Positions 12,351 through 26,882 of a stretch of DNA of 64,000 nucleotides are shown piece by piece; positions within the stretch are counted from its first letter, which is position 1, and the number at the start of each line of letters is the position of its first letter. The translations under genes were made by a program, and so were the position numbers. Below the pieces are notes generated by a model. That model was given only the letters and a program-made list of their open reading frames with translations. It made no database searches and was not told the DNA's origin. The DNA is from Octopus sinensis. Its lineage: Eukaryota. The DNA is taken from contig NC_042998.1 of assembly GCF_006345805.1 (NCBI RefSeq), positions 191,518,001 through 191,582,000 on the forward strand. Direction: 5' to 3'.

Positions 12351-12475
12351 TAATTATGAATGCATGTTGCTGGAAAAATATACGTCAATCTTGCTATTTA
12401 AATCGTACATCTCCACCTCACATTCATAGATATGCACACATTTCTAAGTATATATGCGCATTACACACACACACG

Positions 12476-12531
<56 letters not shown>

Positions 12532-12705
12532 TTATATATGTTCAGACCTTCTGTCTTTCTTTATTCTTTTACATACCTGATTATATGCTCGGCATACATT
12601 TTTAGAAAAGTGCACATCTACACGAACACTCGCGAACACAGCCGCGCTCTTATATGTGTACACATAGAGACAAATAACACTATATAGTATAATATATATT
12701 TATAC

Positions 12706-12808
<103 letters not shown>

Positions 12809-13551
12809 TGTATGTGTATATATATATATTTGGATGTTAATATGTGTAGATATGTGCGTGTTTTATATATATATATATAATATATATATATATATGCACT
12901 CATAGTTACATACGCATCGATGTATGTATAGAATGGCATAGATAAGGGAAGGAACAACTGAAGTGGTTTAGAAGATGATAATGCTCATTTAAGAAGAAAA
13001 AGTTTTATAAAAATACATATATAAGGAAGATGAATTAAAAGGAAGGAAATGAAGAATCTACAAAAATAGACATTTGAATTTTACTAATAAACGATACTTA
13101 CTACTAAGAAAAGTATTGCTTTTTTTAGTTCAGGTAGGAAATTACATGAACAGTGTACACCTTAGTAACTATTTCTCATGAATGCTTGGAAATCTCATAT
13201 TTTATTTTTCTGCTATTTTATATGATAACTTAGATTTCAATTTTCTCCCTTCTTTAATATATTCAATGCAGGCGAATGAAAATCTGATAAGGTTGTTCGT
13301 GAAATATTCTTTAAACTTTTTAATTTGCAAATGCAAAGCTTAAGTAATCTTATGAAGTATTCGGACTTTCTGCTTCAAGAGGTACTTGCTCTTTTTTTCT
13401 TTCTTTTATATTTACATTTTAACCCTAAAAGTTACCATTTGAAATTTGAGTTAAAGTGGGTTATTTAATCCTCGATGATGTTCCGAATTATCTCAAGATA
13501 TCGTTGCATTTCCCTACACAAAACCCAAACAATATTAGGTCTGAAGAAAGC

Positions 13552-13735
13552 AGTGAGCTGTGGCAATTGTTAGCATGACGGGCAAAATGTTTAGCGGCGT
13601 TTCGTCCGTCTTTACGTTCCGAGTTCGAATTACACCGAAGACGACTTTGCTTTTATTTTTTCCGTGTTGTTATAATAGGTACCAGTTGAGCACTGGGGTC
13701 GATGCACTCGACTTATCTCCTCCTCTGAAATTGCA
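13552..13735 (+). mobile_element. SINE family B (tRNA-derived), diverged
   Basis: ttagcatgacgggcaaaatgtttagcggcgtttcgtc..gagttcgaatt..gtaccagttgagcactggggtcgatg matches the family B head and body. Confidence 0.85.
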
Positions 13736-13919
13736 ATATTTTGTTGAGGTAACATCGACACACAGCCTCGGTTTGTACTGTGAATCCAGCTATAATAAAC
13801 ATGCGAAAGAACAAAAATAGAAAAAGGACAAAAGGTGTAGTGTGAGCCTCTACGTGATATCTCGACCTTCTAGAAAGCTTTACATCACCCTATTCGCACG
13901 GTGCTCGCTTAAATAAAAG

Positions 13920-14245
13920 CTAAAGACCCCCTTCGGTCATGAATGACCATGAGATTGACCCTAGAAATTTCCCCCCGAGGTCCAAGCTCGGGCAAGATTA
14001 TTTATGCAAGACCAACAGTTGCCCATGTATGACACCCTCCCCTCTTCACGCCACCGATGATATTCAAAAGGAAGTAAAAGTCCGATGGCACCAGTGACGT
14101 CGCAACTCATTTTCTACAGCTGAGTGAACTTGAACAACGTGAAATAAAGCGACTCGCTCAAGAACACAACCCACTGCCCGGTCTGGGAATCGAACTCACT
14201 TCCTCATGATTGTGACCCCGGTGCTCTAACCAATGCGCCATGCAC
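13920..14245 (-). mobile_element. SINE family C (tRNA head plus CORE-like central segment)
   Basis: Minus strand: A box tggcgcattggttagagc, B box gagttcgattccc, then ttcttgagc..tttatttcacgttg..cactcagctgtagaaaatgag, which resembles the CORE domain (from memory, octopus OR2 was described as a CORE-SINE). Confidence 0.75.
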
Positions 14246-14921
14246 TTTAACATTCACTCAAATAAGGATAGGCACATTAGATATTGTAGCCCTATGCAAC
14301 TCTAAGATAACAGAAACGTTTGGACTGAAAGGCATTAGGTCTACTAAATCAGGGCTCAGATAGTGCTAAACGACCATAACTGGGACAGTACAGTATTATG
14401 ATTACTCACTCGCCGTTCGACTTTCTAAAGTCAGTTATTTCGATTCAACATTTTAGACAGCGGAAGGATGTCATTCATGTCATTCACATCTTTTAATCCA
14501 GTTTTACAGCTTTCAGAGATTTCACTACCGCCAAGCTTGGGCAGAAATTTATATTGAATTTCTAGTCGATTTCTTTCACAACAGTACTTTGTATTTACAT
14601 TTCATCGTTATGGTAAAATATGACATGAAAATTGTAGACAAGTGTAAAGAGAAGCATTTTCGAGAACATCGACCAGTTTCTACACCACTACAAATTGATA
14701 TAAACACGTACAATTGCATAGATTTCGTAATAAGCCAAACATTATAATGATTCTGGCAAGGCCCTAACACGTACATATGCACATATATCTACATACAATA
14801 TGCATACACATTATATATGTGTATACATCCATCTCGTCAAACTATACTTCTATTTTTCTCTCTGTACATACTCTCACACTCACACGTACATACATCTCCC
14901 TCTCTCGTTCTCTCTGCGTAT

Positions 14922-14989
<68 letters not shown>

Positions 14990-15187
14990 TAGGGAGAGTT
15001 TACGAAAAAAACAAAAGACGAAGACAGGTGGTGTACAAAACAAACAGATGTATTAGTATAACGCTCAGGAATAGAAAAAGTATTTTACGTTTCGAGCCTA
15101 CGCTCTTCTACAGAAAGGGACACAGAAAAAACAAGGAGAGACAAAATGTATATATATCATATATATACACATACATACATATATATG

Positions 15188-15232
<45 letters not shown>

Positions 15233-15324
15233 ATACATACATACATACATACATACATACATACATACATACATACATACATACATGTGTGTGTATAAAT
15301 ATATGACGTACTTCTGTACAATTT

Positions 15325-15460
15325 CTACCAGGAAAATGTCACTCGCAAAGTATTAGCGAACCCAAAGCTATGATCCGTACCCAAAACCACGCAGTAAAAT
15401 TGAACCCAGCAACAAGCATTTGCTTAGTAAAACATTTTCAACTACATAACCACGCCTGCA
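15325..15460 (-). mobile_element. Degenerate SINE family A head
   Basis: ccacgcagtaaaattgaaccc..ataaccacgcctgcac is a decayed reverse complement of the family A head. Confidence 0.55.
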
Positions 15461-16569
15461 CTAACATTCAGTCGACTATATCCCAGCTATGATGCGTCTG
15501 CAACCATGTCTTATTGTAAGGTATTCGTAAAAGTAGCAGTAAGAGTTGCATTTGTGTATATGCACTATTTATTTTAAGGATAGTTTCAACACTTTCGGTT
15601 TTCGATGCATAGCTTTTAGACCCGATAAACTCATACAAACAAACATGCCGATATTTAGTTATATATAAAATTTTAATAAAATATTCAATTTCTCTTGGTT
15701 CATTGCATCAGTATTGATTAATCGATGTGTTTTTATCAATTTGTCCATTGCAAAATCTCGACTATAGATTAACAATATTACATCAATTTTCAAGATTTTT
15801 CCCTGCGTTATACACTTGAGCATCAACCCCCCCCCACTTCAAACACCATCAATACTACCATCGCCTTTTTCCCCCCACCCATCATGTTCCCCCTCATCAT
15901 CATCTCTGTCATAATTAATGAGTATAAAAATAACATGATTACGACGGCTACCTCGCTCATCAACACCATCTACCATCACCAACTGAAACAGTACTATAAA
16001 CAGTGCAATAATATCTAGGATATTGCTTAGCAGAAATAACACTCGTACAGACCGTCTGTAGTTTTGTTATTGTTTTTGTTGTTGTTGCCAGAATGATGGT
16101 GTTTGTTGAAGATAAAATTTAATTTAAACTTCTTGCTCGCATTATTACGGCTCTGTTGGCTAAATGCCAACGTTTCTGTGAGTTTACATGTATGATATAT
16201 ATTTTACAGTGCTAGTGTATCAGAAAAGCAGTGAGTGTCTGCATGTTTGCAAACTGTAAGGAAGAATTTTTGCTTTCAATGCATTGTTGACTTTAAAGGA
16301 ATTCGATTTTCCAATTCAGCAGTGTAGATGAGTCATAAGCGTAAATTTTCAATTAAATTAATATTATTCTAAACATTTTACAACTGGGTCCTGAAGCATT
16401 TTGCTATATTTCTTACTCTAAGGCATAAAGAAAAATAAAAAAAAAGAAACTAAGTTTCAAAACATGTTACATACATACATACATAGCCTTAATGATTAGG
16501 AACTGGAAAGAACATTTTAGCAAAGCTATTTCCATTCTGCCTCTCTCTCTGAATGTGTGCGTATGTATG

Positions 16570-16672
<103 letters not shown>

Positions 16673-16687
16673 CATACAGACATACAT

Positions 16688-16744
<57 letters not shown>

Positions 16745-16750
<6 letters not shown>

Positions 16751-17258
16751 ATAAAACTCTAGTTGTGTGAGTGTCTGTCCCCTTCGATTTAGATTCCTAA
16801 CTCCTCCCACATTTTGCGGTGCAGTTTAACCAAATTCGAGTATCTTATAGTCGTGATTAATATCGAGCACGTCTGGCTATTAGCGCGCGTCTACGATGAG
16901 TCTACGATTTTTAAAATAATTTAACATAATTTTTTATTCCATTTTAATGCATAATTTTTCGTGTGTCGATGACGGCGGAGTTGGCGTCCACGCTCAAACA
17001 CCTGCACCTGTGTTTGCTTCTACCCCTTCTTCCCTCCCTCGTGAAGCTGTGGGGAAGGGAGTGTAAGGAAATCAATGTCGTAAAGCGTTGTCAAGGAGAC
17101 CAGCGTTCTTTTAGAACAACGACTTCATGGCTTGAAGACACCAAAACAGAAATGGTTAAGAAAGCCCGAATTGGCATCTATAAGGGAAGTAAGTCTCTAA
17201 AAATGCTTATATAGTTATTTCCCTTACAAACCCGAACAACGCCGGGCGATACTGCTAG
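16745..17258 (+). mobile_element. Non-autonomous Helitron (~0.5 kb) in (TA)n
   Basis: 3' terminus cccgaacaacgccggg (GC hairpin, 17231-17246) followed by CTAG (17255-17258) then T. 5' end tatatataaaactctagttgtgtg emerges from a TA tract. Confidence 0.75.
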
Positions 17259-17290
<32 letters not shown>

Positions 17291-17317
17291 AGTAAATGGT
17301 GGGGTTATATACACACA

Positions 17318-17349
<32 letters not shown>

Positions 17350-17544
17350 CACACACATGTTTGTGTGTGCATATGTAAATGCGTATATATGGATGTACGT
17401 GTACAAGAAGTATTGCAGTGTTTTTATGGGGAGAGGCACTTGTAACTATCCCAGAGTATTTTTGTTATTCCAGATTGAATGAGACGGTTGAACCATTTCT
17501 TTGAATACATTCTCTGAATCACTGCTTGTCCCAACTGATCAGCT

Positions 17545-18145
17545 TTCAGAATGCAATCGCAATATGAAAACTATTTGAAAGCTCATTAGGCAATAAAATT
17601 TTGTGTTAAACTGGGTAAAATCTCTACAGAAACTTGCGAAATACTTCAGACTGTCTATGTGTTGATTTGTATGAGCTGAGCATCTGTTTTTCATGGGCAG
17701 AAGAGGTCAGACAATGCAAGTCAACCATGAAGCTCAGGACGTTTCCCTTTTTCGACAGCAAGGGAAATATATAAATCTACTGGGTTTCCTCTGGCCAGAG
17801 TCTCAACAAATAGTACTTTGTGGAGGTTTTGAGGGAGTTCAGGAAGAGATTTCGTCGCAAGAAGTTAGAGCTCTTCTTCTCGGGACGGTGGCCCCATGTA
17901 CGAGGACAATGCACTGGTGCTCAATTCAATCCTTGTAGTCAACTACTTGACAGAGATGGGCATTAATCTATCCGTCGTCATTTTTTCCTATATCACAGAC
18001 CTTACACCCAATGAGTTTTGGTTGTTCTCCAATATAGAGGTAAAGATGAACGAGGCTGTCATAAGTGTCCTGGACTTCCACTGGGCCTTCACGATGCGTT
18101 AGAATGCTATAACAAGTGTACTGAGGTCAGAGTTTCCTACTTTGA
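17545..18145 (+). mobile_element. Mariner transposase relic, internally deleted
   Basis: AIKFCVKLGKISTETCEILQTVY (N-terminal HTH), then GQSLNK.YFVEVLREFRKRFRRK, DNA, and SYITDLTPNEFWLF (YSPDLAP-like), with stops and frameshifts. Confidence 0.85.
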
Positions 18146-20752
18146 AGGAGCTAGAGTTTTGTACTGTTTTGAAATGAAATGTTTCTCCTCGAAATATCTG
18201 AAACCTGGAATGCACCTTTTACGTTGATTGCATGTTGCTGACGCCAAAGACGCTGGGAATTGGGAAAATACAGTGCTTTCTATGTCCATCGTGAAGCGTA
18301 GTAGATCACTACCCTGTTTGACTTGCGTCAATTTGAATATTTATTATCCATTTTGAAAATCTCTTTTATCGTGCATCTGAGACTACTAAGATTGGTGGCA
18401 TAGTAAACATTTGCATTTATTTCTTCTTTTCCTAGATTTTCTAATGACACTTATACTTGATAACGGATCCGTTGAAAGGGTTCAAATTTTAATTGATGCT
18501 AACTGTAATGATAATACTTATAGCGTGTCCACGACTGCATAGTAATAGAGAAATTTCACTCGTTGCCAGTTATTGATTCTGCTGGGGCAAGCGGTTTTTC
18601 AGTCAATATTTTATTCATACAAAGTTGAGTTTTGTTATTTTTGTTCATTCTTCTGTTGTTTAATTCTATGTTAGCTCTGATAGACTAAACCTGCGAAGAA
18701 GGTATCATAGTAGTGAACATCAGCTATAGCGTCGAATTTCCATATAAAAAAGGATATCTTATAACGGAAATATAACTGTACTTTCCAACAACTCAAACAA
18801 ATATGGGGAGGCATTGCCACTGCTGAAAAGTTTCGGATTTTGATAAAGGAAATTTGATTAATAAAAAGCGTTGGTGATCAGAAAGGATTTAGGAGAAATG
18901 TAGCAGGAATAATTTTGCAATCTGTTTCAAAGGTCGCTAAATCACAGCCTAAAAATTAAGTTAATGCATTATTCAGCACTCACGGCTTATTCCAAAACTT
19001 GTAAAATTTTGTTTACGAAGAGCAAAGCATTTTCAATATAGGGATGGCATTAATTATATGAAAGCCTTTATGTGTATGATTGTGATTAATTAAAAAAAAT
19101 AATATACAATAAAAAAAAATATACAATGCCCAATATAACGTTTTCCTACCTAAATTTATAAAGCAGAAACTCTTACAGTGCTGCTCAAATGTTTTTCATT
19201 GGTGCTCAATCAGGTCTGTACCTCGGAATAAGTTGAGACTGGCAAAATATTTTGAATACATTTTTTCAAAAATAATTTCGTTCAGGTGGATAACTCTTAG
19301 ATGTTAGATATTATTCACTCCTTCAATTTTGGCGATGTTGGAAATACACGACGCGCACGCGCACACACACAACTTGAAGGACAAATATATAACGTGGAAT
19401 TAAGAGGTTCAATACAACCCCGATAAGGAAGCTGCACATAATAGGCATAGGAGAAGGGAGCACAGATATTAAAAGTAACATGGTAAAGAAAAGAAACAAG
19501 TGTTCCTTTATAATGTTAATAATTCTCAAATATTTTTGAACTGGAGTTGAATATGAACGTTCATTTTTGAGCATTTTCACTTCTCTGTGCTACTCACGGG
19601 TCATATTCTTTGCTTCTACTTTTTTTGTATATGCTTAGAACTGTCAGTGCTTTTGTAATTAATATAGCAGTCCGATGTTTGTTTGTTTGTTTCTTTTTTT
19701 CAGATGCCGCCTTTTAGTTATATTGTATTTCTTCTGTATGAGTAAAGATGGTCGTATGATTACAATTTGTTGTTTAAATTTCCCTTCCGTTATGTATATG
19801 TTACAAGTATGTGCTATGCCAGGAAAGGTTTTATGAAGATGACCACTGACAACCCGATGGACTTTTTGTAGAGGTGAGTGTTGTCTCGTAAACAATAGCT
19901 TCTGAGCTTCATAATTCATTAAATGGGAATTTATTTGTTTATCTACGTCAGTTTTGTGAGTGGATATGATATTATAGACTTAATGTTCTGGGTACATCTG
20001 TAGATTATTTTCAGATAGTGTCTATTAAAATTGTTTCTATATTTGCGGCCGACAAGCGTTTGTCTATTAACGTTAAAAATATCATTACTGTATCAAATTT
20101 AACAGCTAAGAAAAAAGGATGTATGAATCATATATCACATCCTCTATTTCATTTCAGGAGGTGCTCTCTTTGAATCCATTTGCATGTAAAGAACTTTTTT
20201 CGCACGAAATTACCTTATGGTGTATAGTCTTAAGGAAGGGATGGCTGAAAATCCTTCTGGTAAAGTTTTCGATGAGGTTATTGAGAACTATTGAGGGAAG
20301 TAGCTGAATATTCTAGGTTAATATCAGAATATTCTACTAAAATAAAAATTTTTTAGAAAGTTTTAAATAACTTAATTATTAAGCAAATATTACTACTTGG
20401 GTTTTAAGGTACTACAACGGTTTTTAAATTAGTGACAATATTTCTTTTAAGTTGTTATTGATATTGTAATGCTAAACTTCAAATTAATGTTCTTCCGTAT
20501 TTTGACCAAACTACAATCATCACTATATTCTGGTAATGCTAACCTAAAACCAAAAACCTATTACTGTGCATTTCTTAGAACGTACCTTCAGAGTATACAA
20601 GATCATTAAGGGACACTTCAATGTCAAGAAATTACAGACCTGAAATGCATTATATTCATATGAAATCATAATTCTAAAGAAAAATTTGCATAAGAATTAG
20701 ATTAGTAGATTGAAATATACAAGAATGTCCAATTAATATAGAAATAACACAA

Positions 20753-20970
20753 AGGCGGCAAGCGGGCAGAATTGTTTCACACTAGATAAAATGCTTAGAG
20801 GCATTTCGTCCGACTTTACGTTCTGAGTTCAAATGCCGCCAGGGTCGACTTTACGTTTCATCTTTTCGAGCTCGATAAAATAAGTACCAGTTGAGCAGCA
20901 TTGGGATCAATGTAATTGACTTACTTCGTCCCCTGAACTATTCTGGCTTTTTGTCCAAATTTCAAACCCA
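20753..20970 (+). mobile_element. SINE family B
   Basis: aggcggcaagcgggcagaattgtt..gagttcaaatgccgcc..tttcatcttttcgagctcgataaaataagtaccagtt. Confidence 0.9.
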
Positions 20971-22539
20971 TATAAAATGTACATATATCTGTGTGTGTGT
21001 TTTTATCGAAAACTTTTTATTATTCTTCATTGTAAATGTTATGGACTTTCAATGTCAAATAGAAAATTTTTATCGGGCGAACAGTTGAATTAGATACAGT
21101 ATATTGTAGCAAATACCTTGCAGGTCGGTCGCCCTCTTTGAAAAGTACACTGAAATCACTATATTACATATGCAAAGTTAAAAAATTGGTAATTTTTGTA
21201 TATTTTCATCTGCCAGTCTAATTCACGATTCCAAACTTTAAAAACATAAGTAAAAGTTATCGTCTGTTATCAGCAGTTTAGATTAAAGTGTAGTCTTCAA
21301 ATTAGTTCAACTGAATTCTCTTCAATTAAATGCATGAGATTGCGTCTGAATTATTTTCTTTTGAACCTTAAAACCAACCTTTACACCAACATCTCTATAG
21401 TCTATTCGATTTGTAGACATTTCCGAATACCATTGTGTTATTATTAAAAAAAAAAAAGTAACCTCTATATAAATACGATCGACAATGTTAATGATATAAA
21501 GGTTGATCACTGTAAAAAAATAAAAATAAAAATAAAAAATAAAACAAAACAAAATGGAAAGCTTTTCTACCATTTTTTTTTTTTTTTTTACATTTTATGG
21601 TCCCTAATACCGGGCATGATTTAATGACAGTACTAATTGATTACAGGGAAGCTGTAATGACATTACTGATCGATTACTGAAAACTTGTGGAAACGCTGAA
21701 TGATATTAAATCTAAATTCTTTTATCTGAAACACGAATTTTTTTTTCATAATTATGTATATAGCCAGTATCTCCACACGAATGATATTTAATTGCCGTTC
21801 ACAAAAATCTAAACCTAAAAACATAAATACAACACCCAACATAAGATAATTTACTTATGTTTGCTCTGTTATCTTCAACATCACACGTAAGTATATTAAA
21901 TAGCTTAAAAACACACACAAACGCCTGTGCAGTCAATACGTCATTAACATTAATGAGAATGTCTGTTTACTGAGCACTCGAATTCCTTCATACAAAGGCG
22001 TGTAATGATGCAAACTTTAGGTATAAAAATTACGACGTGTTATTCAATAATCATGGGGAATTCACTGGCGGTATAAATATAGAAAACCATAACGCTGTAC
22101 ACCTACACACAGGCATACATATACGCGTACATATATAGATATATATACAAAATATAGATATGTATACATATATACATTATGTATCAATATGTATATATAT
22201 ATATACATGCATACACACGCACTCACACACCCACTGACTTTTTTTCTCCCTTTCTCTCGTAACATACGAAACTCACACGTAACATACACACATACATACA
22301 AACATACACATATTTCGTTATGATTATATCGTCGAAATTGATGCCACTGGCTACACTGAATTATTTCTGTTCCATGAAAATTAATCTGTCTTCAGGTTTC
22401 TTGTAAGTTTTGTATACACTTAACCCTTATATTAACCGGAATCAACGCAGGAAAGCTGTAGTGTCGATTATGCTGGAGGCACATGACCATAGCTGTCCTC
22501 ATGTTACAGAAAAAAAAGCACAGATTTTTCCATAATGAC

Positions 22540-22923
22540 AGGCGTAGGAGTGGCTGTGTGATAAGTAGCTTGCTTACGAACCACATGGTGGCACCTTGGG
22601 CAAGTGTCTTCTACTATAGCTTCGGGCCGACTAAAGCCTTATGAGTGAATTTGGTAGACGGAAACTGAAAGAAGCCCGTCGTATATATGCATGTATAATA
22701 TACATGTATGTGTATATGTATTATATATATATACACATACATGTTTGTGTGTCTGGGTTTGTCCCCCAAAATTGCTTGACAACCGATCCTGGTGTGTTTA
22801 CGCCCCCGTAACTTAGCGGTTCGGCAAAAGAGACCGATAGAATAAGTACTAGTCGATTAGTTCGACTAAAGGCGGTGCTCTAGCATGGCCACAATCAAAT
22901 GACTGAAACAAGTAAAAGAGTAA
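22540..22923 (+). mobile_element. SINE family A, near full length
   Basis: aggcgtaggagtggctgtgtg through gactgaaacaagtaaaagagtaa. Confidence 0.9.
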
Positions 22924-23248
22924 TGTCATTTCAGTTCTAGTGAACTGTTTCTCCTTTCATGTTCAGAATCAGTCGAAATTGACACTAAGCACTGGTTTAT
23001 TGCCTCACGAATGGAAAACTGCTTTATGAAGCAAAAATTAATATTTTATATTATTTAGTATATCTTTATTATATGGTTACCTTCCGAATTCATAAATCTG
23101 GCCCCACATAGTTCTTCTTTCTAGATAATTTTTGTTCTCTCTCCACTTTTCTTTTTCTTTCTCTCGCGCACACACATAATCATAACTATGCATGCATACA
23201 TATATATATCAATGCCTGCATACCTACATACAGTACAGAAGCAGATCA

Positions 23249-23319
<71 letters not shown>

Positions 23320-23330
23320 TATATATATAA

Positions 23331-23419
<89 letters not shown>

Positions 23420-24284
23420 ATTCAAGATCGTATAATAAGAAAAATGAGTGTTGTTACATACGCATACAAATTTAGAAAACTATAGCAACAAAATGATGGA
23501 ACAAATCTTGACAGGAATATTAAATTTGGCACAAATAATTGATTTGTGTAAAATCTGGATGAAAATAATTAAAATATGGGGATAGCCGTCTTCATAATAT
23601 TCCTTGGAAAATGGTTCTTAGTCTATGAAATGTTGCCAAGCGTAATTTCGTTGAACACTTAAGGTGCATCATTTTCTCTACTGTACAGACATCTCGGAGA
23701 CTAGTTATGACAGCTGTTGATCGGCGCAAACAACATATGGCCAGTTCTATCAACGTAAACATTTTCACATATTGATTTATTTTTAACAGGATCTACAGAG
23801 CGAAATATATTTCAATGAATCTATCTTATATAAATATTATACACAATACTTTGATTCTTAATTATTCATATTCATGAAAGCATGTTCAATATAATTACAG
23901 AGAGATCATTTTTTATCTTTTGTTGTATTTTGTTTTCACTAAGGTTAGTTCCGATCCCATGGTTACTGTATTAATGTTGATATTAGGAGTGAGATATTAT
24001 TAGCAACATCTTGGTCAACATTATATACATGAAAAATCATAAAACAGTGTGTATCTGATGTACTTAGGTCGTACATCAGACACATATACGTTCTTCAATG
24101 TTCCCTACCCTAATGCGATTCAGGACCACATTGTCTTCAGATAGCGACTCAAATTTAAGAGACGGAGAGTAAGAAAGAAAGAAATAAAGAGAGAAAGAAA
24201 GAAAGAAGGTTTATGAGGTTATCACGATATTCTTTACCGTGTCAGGTCGTCCTTCTGATGATACTACTGATAAACTCGTTGAAT

Positions 24285-24322
<38 letters not shown>

Positions 24323-24482
24323 TATACATGTATATATATACATACATGCATAACGCCACGCATCCTCTTCCAAGTAGGTTTTATCTTAATAATCCTGATG
24401 CGCACTCTATACGATCTTTTTATTCTTTCGTTTTTCTCTCTCTCATAATGGATGTCCACTTACTGGTCATCCCTCTTATATG

Positions 24483-24618
24483 TATCGACCCGAGGACTTA
24501 TTCTCTGTAAGCCTAGTACTTATTCTATCGGTATCGTTTGCCGAACCGCTAAGTTATGGGGACGTAAACACACCAGCATCGGTTGTCAAGGGATGTTGGC
24601 GGACAAACACAGACACAA

Positions 24619-24661
<43 letters not shown>

Positions 24662-24842
24662 AATATACACATATATATACGACGGGCTTCTTTCAGTTTC
24701 CGTCTACCAAATCCACTCACAAGGCTTTGGTCGGCCCGAGGCTATAGTAGAAGACACTTGCCCAAGGTACCACGCAGTGGGACTGAACCCGGAACGATGT
24801 GGTTGGTAAGCAATCTACTTACAACACAGCCACTCTTACGTC
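24483..24842 (-). mobile_element. SINE family A, lacking 3' tail
   Basis: Reverse complement of the family A head and body, with an internal (CA)n/(TA)n tract. Confidence 0.9.
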
Positions 24843-26260
24843 AATGTTCTTTTCATTTTAGTGTAATTTTGAAGACCGCACCATGTATACACACACACAC
24901 ACACGTAAGTGTGTGTGTGTGTGTGTGTGCGTTTATCTGTAATCATCGTACTCCTTGAGAAATGCGTGAGGGACTACCGTCATGATTACACCATGTATAT
25001 TGGACATTTCTTATGACTCGTTCGTGCTCAAAATTCGTGCAGGACCGATGCAGATTATGTTTACATTCACTATATTCCTTTCCCATTCTTGTAATCTTTT
25101 CTGTGTGTGATTATTTTTTATAAGTCTCACAAGAAAATGTTTCCACAGTTTTTTACCTGAATTATTTCGTTCTCTGATGGGAATCTCGACTTTGATAGGA
25201 GTCGTTTCAGATTTCATGATCGTCAGCTATTGATGATTTGTGCTTATCTATTCGTCAGAGATTCGAAGAAATGGTAGGAATCTATTGGCTGAATACAGGA
25301 CATTGTGCTTCCATAGATTATGGCTGGAATATCTATTTACTTATTTTTCTTTTTATCCCACAGTGTGAAGGTTTCTCTGTAAAGTTTGGGGTTTCTTTGC
25401 TTAGGTGATTAGGCTTTTGGGATTATTGTTTCTGAAGGAACGTTAAATTCTACCAGTTTTTTTCTGTCGTCTATTTCTGTCTTTCTACTGAGCATGTATA
25501 TCTTTCCATATTGAATTGTATGTTCCTTTTTGTGTGTGAAATTGGCAAGACCTAATATCTAAATATTTGTGTGTGCCTGTGTCTTTGCTGTGAAGATCAG
25601 GTTGTAGCTGTCTAAATTTCTTTAATTATTAGAATACCCAGAAAAGGACCTTCCTTTTCATTCATTTCCATAGTTTGCCTATGAACTGGCTCCATCACAC
25701 GCATACATACATACACATCTACATAATACTTACATACATGCATATATACATACTCACACACATACACATACACATACATACATACATACATACATACTTA
25801 CATACATACATGAAAGTTTACGTATGTATAGCAGAAAATATTAGTAAGCAGGCTGCATATGTCACCAATACAAGATGATGTTTAAATCTAAAACTTAAAG
25901 AGACATTGGATTCAAAGTCAATAAAACATTTAGTGAATATTTGTTATTGCTATTTCTGATTTTACTACGATCTACTAAGGTACAATTGTGTGACAATCAA
26001 ACACAAACACACACATATGTATATACAAATGTACAAGAAAATATATAAAATTAATTTGTATATAACGTTAATATATATATAAGTTTAAATGGAGGTTAAA
26101 ATAACCACCTTAAGTGATAGAAAATATCCAATGGATTATTGGTTTGTTACCAAATATTTTGTTGTGAATAGTAATATTCATAAAGTAATAGGTTTAAGTA
26201 TAAATCTTGGTTTATAAATATTCAAATTAAGATCCAGAAAATGGAGAGGGAGCAGTAATG

Positions 26261-26600
26261 TAATTTATTAACTGCAAAAATTCAATATGTTGCCTTACAG
26301 CTGTTTCGATTTTACCCAATGAATTAAATTCCAGTAATTAAAACATAGGCAAAATTTCGTGAGAGGAGTAAACAAATTTTAAAAAAAACATATCGTTAGG
26401 TTCTTATTCTTCCCAAATAGCCCAAGAAGTATTTTGGAAGAATAATATGCTAATAACTTAACGATATATATTTTTTACTTTTTTCACTCCGCTGACGAAA
26501 TTTTGCCCCCAAAATGTTTTAATTACTGGAATTGAATTCATTTGGGCACAATCGAAACAGCTGTAAGGGAACGCGTTCAACTTTTGCAGTTAATAAATTA
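26261..26600. mobile_element. Foldback/MITE with about 100-bp imperfect terminal inverted repeats
   Basis: taatttattaactgcaaaa..ccttacagctgtttcgatt..ccagtaattaaaacat..ggcaaaatttcgt is mirrored at about 26494-26600. Confidence 0.8.
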
Positions 26601-26830
26601 TATTAAAGTTACTCAATTTTCTGGATTTTAATTGGAATATATATATATGTGTGTGTGTGTGTGTGTTGTGTGTGTGTGTGCGTGTGTGTGAGTGTGCGCG
26701 TATATACATAGTATATTTTGAAAATATTTTACTTATAAGAAAATTCAAGATTCAAGAGTATATGCCACAGTTACATACAATTAGGCTCACAAATATATAT
26801 ATAATGTACTTATGTATACGTCCAACCATT

Positions 26831-26882
<52 letters not shown>

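Noticed and set aside
18137-18331. 64-aa minus-strand ORF next to the mariner relic
   Set aside because: Weak splice signals and no recognisable domain.
22396-22402. 7-nt microexon (ttcag|gtttctt|gtaagt)
   Set aside because: Short pyrimidine tract; such motifs are expected by chance at this base composition.
24054-24080. 10-bp perfect stem, 7-nt loop hairpin
   Set aside because: Too short to distinguish from chance in 64 kb, with no associated element.
25011-25640. Coding-like, strand-asymmetric region on the minus strand
   Set aside because: Possibly a decayed LINE, but no motif could be identified with confidence.
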